Source: a virus
Taxonomy: Duplodnaviria; Caudoviricetes
IMG/VR virus record: IMGVR_UViG_3300035501_000578
Span: 1 to 64,000 of that record
DNA: 64,000 bases
Strand: one strand, 5' to 3'
Numbering within the stretch: the stretch's first letter is position 1; each line of letters begins with the position of its first letter. The position numbers and the translations under genes were made by a program. The notes under the pieces are model-generated. The model was given only the letters and a program-made list of their open reading frames with translations, did not search any database and was not told the DNA's origin. This document shows, in pieces, positions 34,301-43,354 of this stretch.

Positions 34301-37300
34301 GCCGAAATTGCTCACAATAACGCAGTAGCACAGGAATGGCAGAATAAACCCAAATGTATTTGTTGCGGCTCAACAAACTTAAAGAAAATATCAGGATTAT
34401 CCAAAGCAGGCTCTGTCGCAGTTTGGGGTATATTCGCTGCTGGAAGAACGTCAAAAACTTGGCATTGTAATAATTGTGGAACGGAGTGGTAATTGTAAAT
34501 ATACTTGAAAACCTTGCGAGGGAGGAGTAACTATGCTCAATAAACAACAAGAAAAAGTATTAAAGTTTTTACTGTCTTTACCGAGAGATATTGATAATAC
34601 TGTAAGTGTCAGCAATAGTATGTGTACAATTCCTTCGAATATATCCGAAACGGAATTTATAACTATACTTAATTCATTAGAGCAGAATGGTTTTCTTAAA
34701 TTAAAATGGATTAACAAGAATCATGATAATCTAAATAATTATGTGACGATAACAATATTAAACGAAAATTACTTCAAAGAAAAGTCTGCCAATAATATAA
34801 AAAATTTAAAAGATAACATTAAATGGCTTATCCCTTTAATTATATCAATTCTTTCTTTGATATGGAATATTTGTAATACTATAATGTACTCATATTTAAA
34901 AGATTTTTTACTTAATAAGTGAGATTAAACTGCAAGTAATCCATATATTCCATATTATATTAACCAAAGAGATTGCTGAAATTATAATCCAAACAGTGTT
35001 TTTCATTGTGTATAATTCCTTTCATTTTTTATTTAATAAATTCTGTAGACTTGGGAATAAAACAGTTCACATGGCATTGTAAAGTAGTAGAGATTTTAAT
35101 AATTCAACAGTTCTAGACAATACAAAAGAGACATCCATAATAGATGTCTCTTTCAAATAGCAAAATAAAAATCATAGTGGGGATTATGCCATCCCAAATC
35201 AAATTAATCATAAACTCTCGAACAGATTATTGCGTGATGTTTATAAGTGTGATATAATCCGCATATCTTAAACATATGGGGGTGTATATATGAGCAAAGT
35301 ACAATTATCAGAAGAAAATCAAAAAATCAAGCAACAATTAATATGGGATTTTAATCGCTCAAAAATAAGTGCTAACAACTTTGATAAAGATATTGTAAAT
35401 TTGATAGCTGAAATGACGACACAAGCACTTCAACTATCACAAGAAAATCATAATCAATAGTATCACTATTTTCCCTTATTTACATACTTTAATGGATTCG
35501 CTACACAGTCTATTACTGTTTGTAAATCGTTAATATTATTTATATTTGTATCGCATACATATTTTGTAATTACATATTCGTACAGTAAATCCAGTAATTC
35601 ATCAGTAATATTTGGATTTATTGTACGAATTTTATCTTTTATCTCTTGAATTTTATCCATTTCTTAATTCCCCCCTTCATTTAATTTTAAAAGAATGATT
35701 TCTAAATTGATTGGTAATGTGAGAGTAGTACACAACAAAAGAAACAGTAATTTAAGGCAAGAAAAAAGAGCAGTTAAATTAACTGCTCATAAAAGTTTAC
35801 CGCAAAAAGCCTTTTTAATTAAAATTTACGTACCGTCCTATATGCTGATATTACACTAGATATAGGCTCTCTATTGGATTAGGGATAGGAATATATAAAG
35901 ACACCTTAGTTGGTGTCTTTTGTAGTTAAAGCATAACTTATTGTTTCTATTATATTTCCTAAATTATCATATATTTCTAATTTTTCAACTAACTTGAAAT
36001 TTTCTATATCTACATAATCCATAAGTGCTGATTGTTTGGATATTAAAACAGTAAGAGGGATATATTTATTATTTTCAAATCTGATGCCAATATTCATACC
36101 ATTATTATTTCCACTGTTATTATAAAGAGTGCGATATAGAATATAATCCATTTCGACATTATTAGTATTTTTCACTTTACCAGAAGGTATATAAAACGCA
36201 GTACCTTTTCTTAAAGTATTATATGTACAAGAAAACATTGCAAGTCTTTTCTTTTGTTTTTTAAATCTTGTTTTGATTGCATCATTAATTTTAAAATCTG
36301 AGAATGATAAACCGCTATCAATTTTTTGGAAGAATTCGCAATTCTTTATATGATTATCTATATGTTGAATACCTAGCATATGATAAATTCCCCATTCTTC
36401 AAATTCTACCGTTATGATAGTATTATCAGAAAAATGATATACAAATTTTCGTGGTAATAAATAAGTACATGAGAAATCTTTATATAGTCCTAACGATATA
36501 TCTTTTAATAATGGTATATTATCTAAGTTTAACAAATCTTCTTTTGAAAGCATCGTTCTTCTCCATATAAAAAGCGTCTAGTATAAAAAACTAGACGCTT
36601 ATAAAACTTCTTAAATTGGACAGCGTCCTGTTTTACAGGCTGTGCTATGGTAGTTTCATGTCCCCCAATAGGGAAGATGAGCTGTCCCATTCACCTTTAC
36701 TTTGGATAAACCAGGCATTTCTCCTAGAAATCACTAGACTTCTTATCTATAATATACACGAATATCGCAGAACATACAATCGAACATATTGTGAATTTTT
36801 TGTTAACAAAATAATTGTTACTTAAATATTCTTATTCAACATTTCTTTAACTTCGTCAAAATTTTTACCGCTTTCCTGAATTAATTCATATAGTTCTTCC
36901 AGCTTGCTCATTTTGATTTGTTCTTCTAGTTCTATTTTTGTTTGCTTTAGTTTGCTGAGTGAATCTTCCATATTATTTATCTCTATAGTTATTTTACTTA
37001 ATTGTTCTTCCAAAGATATATTTTTCTTTCCTCTTGCCATTTTGAATTACTTCCTTATAAATATGATAATGAGAGAGTAGCATATAATATACTATTTTGT
37101 AAATAAAAACAGAACGCAATATACGACAATTATTTTAATACTATAATACATTATATGTGAAAAAACTATGAATAAATAACTAAATAGCTTATGTATTTTT
37201 TATTATATCAAAATATAAATATAACAAATATTTATAAGTTTTTCTCGTTAGACGAAACACTACGTCCAAATACATTACTTAAACTTATTAAAAATCGCAA

Positions 37301-40300
37301 TGTACACTATGCATTATAAGCAGATGCTACATTATGGCTGTAGCCTACTCAAAGGATGGGTATGTCTGTGGGGATTGCTCTCTATACAATTTTAAATTGT
37401 ACAAAATCCTTTATATATACGATTACACTCTAAAAAGAGTGGAGTGCCGTCCTGCTCGTTATCTGTTGTCAATAGCACTTAGGCTTATATATCAGTTCTC
37501 ACCAATTTTCCCGTATGCCAACATAATCAATTTTTTCTACTTTCGTAACCTCATCCGCAAAAATAGGGATTACGGTTTGATATGTATTCCAGTGATAATC
37601 AAAAAGATTACCAGAAGGCTAATTGAACTTAGCCAAACTTTCAAGCATTTACTCCTTCATGTTTAGTTTATACTCCGCTAAAAGTGTTTGCAGAGTCTTA
37701 TTAAAAACTCCATGTATCCATAGACTTGTTATAACGCCATTATGTTATTTTCTTATCTACGATTACCCAATTAAAAACTATAGGCGAGTTTATTAATTTT
37801 TGTCGCTCTAATGAGCCAAGTAAAGTTTTTAACGAACGCTGTTATACCTATTCCGGCAATAACAGTTTTTAATGACAGAAAATTTTCTGCCAAAAATCCA
37901 ACTACTTCTGATAATGTTGTTAAATCGTCAACAGCATCACCAAGAGTACCACGATCTATCATGGACTGAAATGTACCTGTCCACGTTTCTTTCAGTGCAT
38001 TAATTTTATATTCGAGTGAATTTTCAATAATGCTCATTTCGGCATCTGCTGAACCGGCTGCATTTTCCATATTCTCCATTGCTTGTTCTGCTGCTGAGAA
38101 GTTGGTAAGCAATCCGGCTACTACTTGTCCGTTACGCTTTCCGGCTAGCTTTTCTAAGAGTTGAGCCTGGGTTTTGTCGGAAAGGTCTGAATAGATCTCG
38201 GATATCTCTTTTAATCAATCTGTTACTTTCATCATATTTTTTATATGATTACTGACCATATATAAATATGGCGGTATATCATTTCTGGTATACTCTGTGA
38301 TTTCTTTTTAGATTATATTCACATGTTCGGACTGTATATTAACGTTTCCTAAATAGGAGAGCGTAACAACTTCACATAACATATCACTATGCTATGCCCG
38401 CAGTCTCTAGGGATTCTTGATTTAATATTCTAGTTATTTCTTTATTAATTATGTTTTTATATGTATCGTCTTTTACAGACCAATAAGGTATCTCTATATA
38501 ATTATACCCATTATTTATCGCAAAATTTTTCTTTTGATTGTCTTTCCATTTTTGATATTTAAATTCTTCTTCTGGAGTTTTTCCTGATTTTTTCGATTGT
38601 GTTATATGCCATCCACATAATTCATAATGTTGAATACCATGAACTTCAATAATAATTTTTAATTCTTTTATTTCATTATCAAAAGGCATTTTATACCCTG
38701 AAATGGGATTAATTGGTATTATAGAACAATTATATTCATGAAGAACCGTATAACCAAATGTTTCAAGATATAATCTTACTTTTTCTTCTAAGAAAGATTC
38801 CTTTCTTTCTCTCACACAATATATACAATTACGTGAATGATTTGCTGAATAATCAGATATTGTTTGCATATAATCATTATGTTTTCCGGCTCTACATTTT
38901 AACCATACTTTTTCTTTTGAAGAATAAGCATAATCAAAAGGTGTTTTGTCATTTTTATCAGACCAAATATCAAGTATTTCAGGGACTTGACTCCCTAAAC
39001 TATCCAATGGATGTATTAATTTTCTTGAACAATATGGACATGGAGCATCAGCAGAATAATAATTATTTGGATGTGTATAAAAATTATGATATTCTACCCT
39101 TTGACATTTTAAATGTACTTTAACATCATTTGTAGATTTAGATATTTTAAACGGATCAATAGTATTATCATCACACCAATATTTATCAAGCCAATCTTCA
39201 CCATATTTATTGATATTGTATTGTGCAAAAGAATCTTCTTTATAAACAATTTTTGAAACGCAAGCTGGGCATCTTTCACCTCTATAAAAATTATCAGGAG
39301 AAATTAAATAGTCTTCATGATAATTTTTCTCTTGACATTTTATATAAACTTTCTTACCAGAACATTTGTCAAATTCAAAAGGTGACTTGGAATTCTTTTT
39401 AGACCAATAATCATTAATTGCGTTATTTCCGAAATTTTTAATTAAATAATACCCAAATGAATTTATATATTTTTTATATGGATCTTGATTTTTATTTGGA
39501 TTAGTAATGTATTGAATCGGATAAAAATAAGAATATAATTCAAATTTAAACCAATATTTTTTAGCAGTACATTTAGATATGTAATGTATATCGTCATTTA
39601 AAGATTTGTCCCATGCTTCAATCAAATCTTGTCTTTTATTCTCTATACACCATTGGTAAAAAGAATTACATTGTGGACAAATACAATCTTTTGAAAACAC
39701 TAAGTTACTAATACCTTTTTGAAAACTTTCATGAATATTCTTTTTACATTTAAAATAATAATATTTTTTGGTTTTATGTGATATGTCTTTTGGGGATATA
39801 TTATTTTTATCATAATCCCATAATTCTAAATAATTTTCTTTTCCGTTTTCTATACACCAATCGTAAAATGATTTACTTCTTTTTCTTAACATAATTAAAT
39901 TCCTTTCATTTACTAAATTTTCGCATTAAAAAAGAGCAGTCACTTATTTGACCACTCTTGCATCGCTTTCGCTAATTTTTCATTTTTTATATACACCCAA
40001 AACATCTTTTTTGTTTCTGGATGTAATCCAACAATTTCATATTTTATCCCTTTAGAATAAAAAAAATCTCTCATAGGAATAGAATAACATGGGAATAAAT
40101 TTGAATTTTTCAATTAAATCAAGCCTTTCCTCGGTCTGAACTATCTCTAGCCTTTAACCGATATAGTTGTTATCAATGTGTTTACGCACAAAGCATATAG
40201 CTTTCGCTATATGGAGACATATAGTTTATCTCATATGTAGATTTGTATGTCTGTTTCGTTGAATCAGTAAATAAACTAATTCCTCCAGGTGTTTTTGCAG

Positions 40301-42498
40301 TTTTTGTTAAATCAGCAATATCGCCTGAAATATTTTCAAGGTCTTCTGATAATTCTTCGGTTTCTTCATCATACATTGTATTACTTTCGGCAACCGACAA
40401 CCTACATACCATATTTTAATATGGCGATCAGTCATTTCTGGCTGATTCTCACATTTCTTTATATTGGGATTATAGTGTGAGATTGGACTGTATATTCATC
40501 CTAAAAAATAGGAGATTAACTTCAACATATATGTTTCCATATATATCCCGCAGTCTCTGAGGATTCTTATAACATAGATTACATTATATGTTACAAATCT
40601 TTCCTAAGTCTCTGATGTCCCTCATCCTTTGACTTATATAGTTAATATCCGTATTTATTTTAAGCGCATACGGCACATACATTACTGTATATGGAGGCAG
40701 TGATGAATTTACCTCGAATACGCATAGCCAGTGTTTTAAAAGCTGTACCAGTACTCTCTGCATTTCTGGTGATCTCAACGGAAGCACTCTCAAGGGCTAT
40801 TGTTTGCTCAAGCGAGTTGTTTGCTTCAGCCATAGCAGCAGAAGAACGTGTCAACATATCAACTATTTCTTCGTTGCTAGTCGCTGCTGTGTTTCCGATG
40901 ATATTTATATTGTCTAATATTTCACGTTTAACATCATCTACTTCAATTCCAAAGGCTTTCATGGTTGAAACCATTCCGTCCGTAGCCGTATCTACATCCA
41001 TCCCCGGAGAGATACTAGCAAACTGAGAACTTAATTTAGCCATCTCAGTAGCGGCTTCACCACTTGAATATCCAAGCCTAGACCAAGCACTTGCCTGATC
41101 AATAATTTCTTCAGTGGTTACACCCATTTGTTTTGCCACATCATTTGCAGAGTAGTAGAAATCATTTAACTCCGATGTGGACATAGTAGTAGTTTTCTGC
41201 AAGTCAACTAAAGCTGTATCCAAGTCAACTACTGTGGTTATAGCTTCCTTAACATATCCAATTGCCCGATACCAACTAAAATACATACTAACAAGCGATG
41301 AAATATTATTATATAGAGCCTTACTCTTAAATATATCAATCAGCCGTTTACCTTCATTACCAGCCGCCTTTTCAGCAGAAACAATGCCGTAAAAACCAGA
41401 CCTTATTTCTTCAAATGGTGCATCAGAACCCATTGTCTTTAACATACTAATATATGTTTCAATTTGTTGTTGCGCTTCTTTAGAAAAATTAGTATTCCTG
41501 CTTAGAGTATCCTGCATTTTATTTATAAATTTAAGTCTGCTCTCTAATGTAGAACCTTTATCTCCAGCAGTCATTGATTTAAAGATCTGTAATAATTCAT
41601 TACCTCTAGTTTGTGCTGTTTTTAATTGGTCGAGTTCAGTGTCAGTAATTAAATCAATAGGTTTAGAAGTAATTTTACGAATAGTTTCATTTATCTGATT
41701 TAATTTATCTAAAGATGCTTGATAATTACTGTTTTGATTTTCTGCCTTCGGTTTTGCCGAATATGTATTATAAGCATTTTGAAATTTTTTAAGAGAAGAT
41801 GAAGCTTCTTCAATTGCTTGAGCTTCTTTTGTTACGTTATCAGAAGTAGTAGTAGCAGATGATGATACATTATTATTAGCACTGGCAAATTGTTCTTTTG
41901 CACTAGATGCGTTTTTAGTTTGCTCTGCAAGATTACCCATAGCTTCAGCAGTAGCGTTTACACCAGATGTGTTTTCAGATGAAAGATTCGTTTTATTACC
42001 ACTTACTTTACTCTGAGCATCCGATAAATCCTTAGTAGCACTAGCAAGACCTTCTGTAGCTTTTTGTGCATTTTGAATCTGACTGACATTAGCATTTGCA
42101 TTCTTTCCAATGTTGCCAAAATCCGTATTGACTTCTGTAATATGTTTCGTCAGTGTAGTCAAAGAAGAGTCAATATTTTGGATAGAAGACAATAGACTTT
42201 TCGCACCTGAATTACCGTCTATCTTACCAAAAGCAGTACTTAAACTCTGTACCTCTGTTGTAATTGATTCTAGCTGTCCAGCTAATTTCTCAAACTGTTT
42301 AAAATCACCGGTATTATTGCCAAGACTTTTTAACATTTTATCAAGATTGGCAATAACACTTTCCAATTGTTCTTTGTTTACACCAATATCAATGGTATAT
42401 TTTTTATTATTTACTTCTCTTTCTAAAGTTTCTAATTGTTTTTGAGCTGTACTAATATCTAACTCTATTTTTTTCTGCCATGCAGATATTCCACTCAT
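25337..42498 (-). CDS. Tape measure protein in five segments, about 3021 aa; join(42498-40711,40373-40228,38215-37819,34035-28567,26602-25337)
   Basis: PhageMin_Tail-like LDTALVDLQKT region; junctions MRIRG|YDEET, TYEI|LKEIS, KNFT|QLRTI and SKD|LHDYQ all in frame (total 9066 nt). The third junction is inferred from guide pairing and is the least certain. Confidence 0.8.
26603..28566 (-). mobile_element. Group I intron (1964 nt) in TMP with endonuclease ORF in the P9 region
   Basis: P1 GAT|TAA/TTAGTC, TGCTGGAAAACCC, core TTCAACGACCAT and ATGATATGGTCT, terminal G before TTACATGAC. Confidence 0.85.
26619..28088 (-). CDS. Intron-encoded endonuclease: six Zn-ribbon repeats plus DUF559/Vsr-like nuclease
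   Basis: Repeats Y.NA.TPILH.C...W...P.N.L.G.GCP.C; PFDFY...IAIEYDGKQH. Confidence 0.85.
   Translation of the reverse strand: MGVTKTHEEYVAELAIKNPDIEVIGEYSGVHNKILHRCKKDDYIWEVTPDNILRGKGCPKCSKHIKFTHEDYVNELALTHPNIQVMEEYINNNTPIMHKCLIHNIEWKSVPATVKNGYGCKECVKEYMREKRVKSRDEYIEQLNLINPNIMLIGDYINAHTPTLHRCLIDGYEWMLKPNNALSGKGCPNCYGNIKKNQLEYVEELSLKNPNLEVLEDYINAKTPILHRCKRHNIKWKISPDNALHGYGCKECLREKIGEKNSKTHEQYVKELKEINPNIIVLGEYIDAKTPILHRCLIDGYEWMVRPDNVLCGTGCPKCAGNIKKTHEEYVYELSCINPYIKVIEKYIDSVTPILHECLIDGYQWYAAPTNLLSGCGCPQCHESSGERQIRTWLEKHDVLYDFQKRFSDCKDINSLPFDFYLPDYNIAIEYDGKQHFEPIEYFGGVVAFERTVKHDNIKNNYCKNNGISLLRIPYNKNVEEELNNFLFI
34033..34061 (+). promoter_or_regulatory. Sigma-A promoter of the 34091 cargo gene, overlapping a divergent minus-strand TATAAT (34054-34049)
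   Basis: TTGCTT-N17-TATAAT then AGGAGG RBS; ATTATA-G-TATAAT dyad. Confidence 0.65.
34091..34492 (+). CDS. Cargo: Zn-ribbon protein
   Basis: PKCICCGSTNLKKIS...KTWHCNNCG; own promoter and RBS. Confidence 0.8.
   Translation: MTPRNLMDKICKEADENTEFYKKISNVAESRDKLKCIELLIQHYNCDFDNARMVIDYIIDGTPLPSDLSPAEIAHNNAVAQEWQNKPKCICCGSTNLKKISGLSKAGSVAVWGIFAAGRTSKTWHCNNCGTEW
34533..34922 (+). CDS. Cargo: winged-helix-like protein with C-terminal transmembrane helix
   Basis: LNSLEQNGFL motif; WLIPLIISILSLIWNI; RBS GGAGG. Confidence 0.7.
   Translation: MLNKQQEKVLKFLLSLPRDIDNTVSVSNSMCTIPSNISETEFITILNSLEQNGFLKLKWINKNHDNLNNYVTITILNENYFKEKSANNIKNLKDNIKWLIPLIISILSLIWNICNTIMYSYLKDFLLNK
34908..35006 (-). CDS. Cargo: 32-aa hydrophobic peptide
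   Basis: Hand translation MKNTVWIIISAISLVNIIWNIWITCSLISLIK; GAAAGGA RBS. Confidence 0.5.
   Translation of the reverse strand: MKNTVWIIISAISLVNIIWNIWITCSLISLIK
35124..35153. terminator. Bidirectional-type intrinsic terminator inside the cargo
   Basis: AAAAGAGACATC-cataata-GATGTCTCTTT. Confidence 0.6.
35290..35460 (+). CDS. Cargo: 56-aa hypothetical protein
   Basis: MSKVQLSEENQKIK...; promoter TTGCGT-N17-TATAAT at 35230-35258 and GGGGG RBS. Confidence 0.6.
   Translation: MSKVQLSEENQKIKQQLIWDFNRSKISANNFDKDIVNLIAEMTTQALQLSQENHNQ
35466..35660 (-). CDS. Cargo: 64-aa hypothetical protein
   Basis: AGGGGG RBS; convergent with 35290-35460. Confidence 0.55.
   Translation of the reverse strand: MDKIQEIKDKIRTINPNITDELLDLLYEYVITKYVCDTNINNINDLQTVIDCVANPLKYVNKGK
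35762..35788 (-). terminator. Intrinsic terminator downstream of the PBECR4-like gene
   Basis: GAGCAGTT-aattt-AACTGCTC-TTTTTT on the minus strand. Confidence 0.7.
35906..36553 (-). CDS. Cargo: PBECR4-like (Barnase-EndoU-ColicinE5/D-RelE superfamily) putative RNase toxin
   Basis: Y.F.....I.VEF....IYHMLGIQH pattern and C-terminal YIPLT strand; recognised by motif only. Confidence 0.55.
   Translation of the reverse strand: MLSKEDLLNLDNIPLLKDISLGLYKDFSCTYLLPRKFVYHFSDNTIITVEFEEWGIYHMLGIQHIDNHIKNCEFFQKIDSGLSFSDFKINDAIKTRFKKQKKRLAMFSCTYNTLRKGTAFYIPSGKVKNTNNVEMDYILYRTLYNNSGNNNGMNIGIRFENNKYIPLTVLISKQSALMDYVDIENFKLVEKLEIYDNLGNIIETISYALTTKDTN
36569..36600 (-). terminator. Terminator between the cloverleaf RNA and the nuclease gene
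   Basis: AAGCGTCTAG-loop-CTAGACGCTTTTT immediately upstream of the RBS. Confidence 0.7.
36618..36688 (-). ncRNA. Candidate cloverleaf-shaped antitoxin RNA
   Basis: 7-bp closing stem GGACAGC/GCTGTCC enclosing three arms; promoter TTGTAT-N17-TATATT at 36779-36751. Confidence 0.45.
36822..37040 (-). CDS. Cargo: 72-aa basic-tailed coiled-coil protein
   Basis: MARGKK then coiled coil ending LEELYELIQESGKNFDEV; AAGGAAG RBS. Confidence 0.7.
   Translation of the reverse strand: MARGKKNISLEEQLSKITIEINNMEDSLSKLKQTKIELEEQIKMSKLEELYELIQESGKNFDEVKEMLNKNI
37240..37818 (-). ncRNA. Large (~580 nt) structured RNA at the 5' end of the TMP interruption, containing the guide
   Basis: More than ten hairpins found by eye plus long-range complementarities; GC-richer than flanks; no credible sense ORF. 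Confidence 0.65.
38216..40227 (-). mobile_element. Group I intron (2012 nt) in TMP with endonuclease ORF
   Basis: P1 GAGAT/GTCTC, core TAGAGACTGCGGG and AATATACAGTCC, terminal G before ATTAAAAGAG. Confidence 0.88.
38387..39892 (-). CDS. Intron-encoded endonuclease: treble-clef/Zn-ribbon repeats plus DUF559/Vsr-like nuclease
   Basis: W...KN...P.......S.KKV..KC...H...CP.C repeats; PFDN...IIEVHGIQHY; C-terminus overlaps P7. Confidence 0.85.
   Translation of the reverse strand: MLRKRSKSFYDWCIENGKENYLELWDYDKNNISPKDISHKTKKYYYFKCKKNIHESFQKGISNLVFSKDCICPQCNSFYQWCIENKRQDLIEAWDKSLNDDIHYISKCTAKKYWFKFELYSYFYPIQYITNPNKNQDPYKKYINSFGYYLIKNFGNNAINDYWSKKNSKSPFEFDKCSGKKVYIKCQEKNYHEDYLISPDNFYRGERCPACVSKIVYKEDSFAQYNINKYGEDWLDKYWCDDNTIDPFKISKSTNDVKVHLKCQRVEYHNFYTHPNNYYSADAPCPYCSRKLIHPLDSLGSQVPEILDIWSDKNDKTPFDYAYSSKEKVWLKCRAGKHNDYMQTISDYSANHSRNCIYCVRERKESFLEEKVRLYLETFGYTVLHEYNCSIIPINPISGYKMPFDNEIKELKIIIEVHGIQHYELCGWHITQSKKSGKTPEEEFKYQKWKDNQKKNFAINNGYNYIEIPYWSVKDDTYKNIINKEITRILNQESLETAGIA
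40374..40710 (-). mobile_element. Group I intron (337 nt, no ORF) in TMP
   Basis: P1 GAGGT/GCCTC, P10 TTCATCA/TGATGAA, core TCAGAGACTGCGGG and AATATACAGTCC, terminal G. Confidence 0.9.
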
Positions 42499-42511
42499 TG
42501 ATTAGATCACC

Positions 42512-42970
42512 TCACTTTAAAATTTTATCAACTTCTTTGTCTATAATTTTATTAATGTAACCACCAAAACCACTTTCAATGTCTGCATCAACATACATAT
42601 AAGGAGGTAGTGACTGTTTCATCATCCACCTGCCATTACCATGTTCGCCACCCATAAAGAAAAAATCAAAAGCAGTACTTGGTTGTAATTTATTACCACC
42701 AATCCAACTAGGGTATGAATTCATATAACCTGAATCGACAGACATAGAAATAACATTTCCTTTACCACTTGTTCTTGCACTTTTAAGAACATTCATAAAA
42801 TTATTTGTACGTTGATATGCTTGTGGATTATAATCGTTGTAATAATCAACCAAGGAATATCTCACAGACTCTTTGAATAATTTATTTACCTCTGGTGCAA
42901 TTTTTTCTGCAATATGTTCTTTAAGGTCTATTAATTGTTTGTTCCAATCATCTGTTAAATTTCCACTCAT
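42512..42970 (-). CDS. Conserved phage tail-region protein (possible tail completion)
   Basis: Start MSGNLT with AGGAGG RBS; YNPQAYQRT motif. Confidence 0.55.
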   Translation of the reverse strand: MSGNLTDDWNKQLIDLKEHIAEKIAPEVNKLFKESVRYSLVDYYNDYNPQAYQRTNNFMNVLKSARTSGKGNVISMSVDSGYMNSYPSWIGGNKLQPSTAFDFFFMGGEHGNGRWMMKQSLPPYMYVDADIESGFGGYINKIIDKEVDKILK

Positions 42971-43142
42971 CCTATACCTCCTTTCAAATTGCGTATAATC
43001 AAAATAGGAGAGCAGTAGCAACTACTCTCCAAAGAAAAAGTCCTGTAAGTTTTGACACTCACAGGACTTAATATGAGGAATTTTATATATCATTTTTATT
43101 TTTTAATTTTGCCATTAAAAGCATTAATTTATTCACTATATA

Positions 43143-43325
43143 CTACATAATAATCTCATAAATAGTACCTTCCGCATCTTTCGGAGCTTTAGTTCCCCAG
43201 CCATTCTTTTTCCTTAATTCATAATAATCACCGCAATCAGTAGCGATTAGTTCTTCGCCTTTATTAATATTTATTTGATATTTTCCATCATTTACTTCTA
43301 TGTCTTCTAAAAAACGTGCTTTCAT
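43143..43325 (-). CDS. Small hypothetical protein
   Basis: 60 aa, AAAGGA RBS. Confidence 0.55.
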   Translation of the reverse strand: MKARFLEDIEVNDGKYQININKGEELIATDCGDYYELRKKNGWGTKAPKDAEGTIYEIIM

Positions 43326-43354
43326 AATTTATCCTTTCAATTCTTTCCTGATCG

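Larger units (their letters stand above)
34036..37818 (-). mobile_element. Non-canonical 3783-nt cargo-carrying interruption of the TMP gene
   Basis: TMP-like frame on both sides; 27-nt guide at 37789-37763 complementary to the joined flanks; follows a U and ends in G. Confidence 0.7.

Noticed and set aside
36765-36790. Possible LexA box upstream of the PBECR4-like unit
   Set aside because: Only GAAC half-sites; the palindrome has two or more mismatches
37334-37666. 110-aa plus-strand ORF
   Set aside because: No RBS, implausible composition, antisense to the structured RNA
34014-37789. 22-bp inverted repeat read as a DNA inversion site or transposon ends
   Set aside because: Inversion would not join the TMP halves, no recombinase or transposase is inside, one copy lies in coding sequence, and the single mismatch is a G.U pair on the mRNA strand, which favours RNA pairing
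40182-40793. ORFs 40182-40412 and 40584-40793 as independent genes
   Set aside because: The first is TMP exon 2 plus intron sequence; the second is an off-frame read into intron RNA
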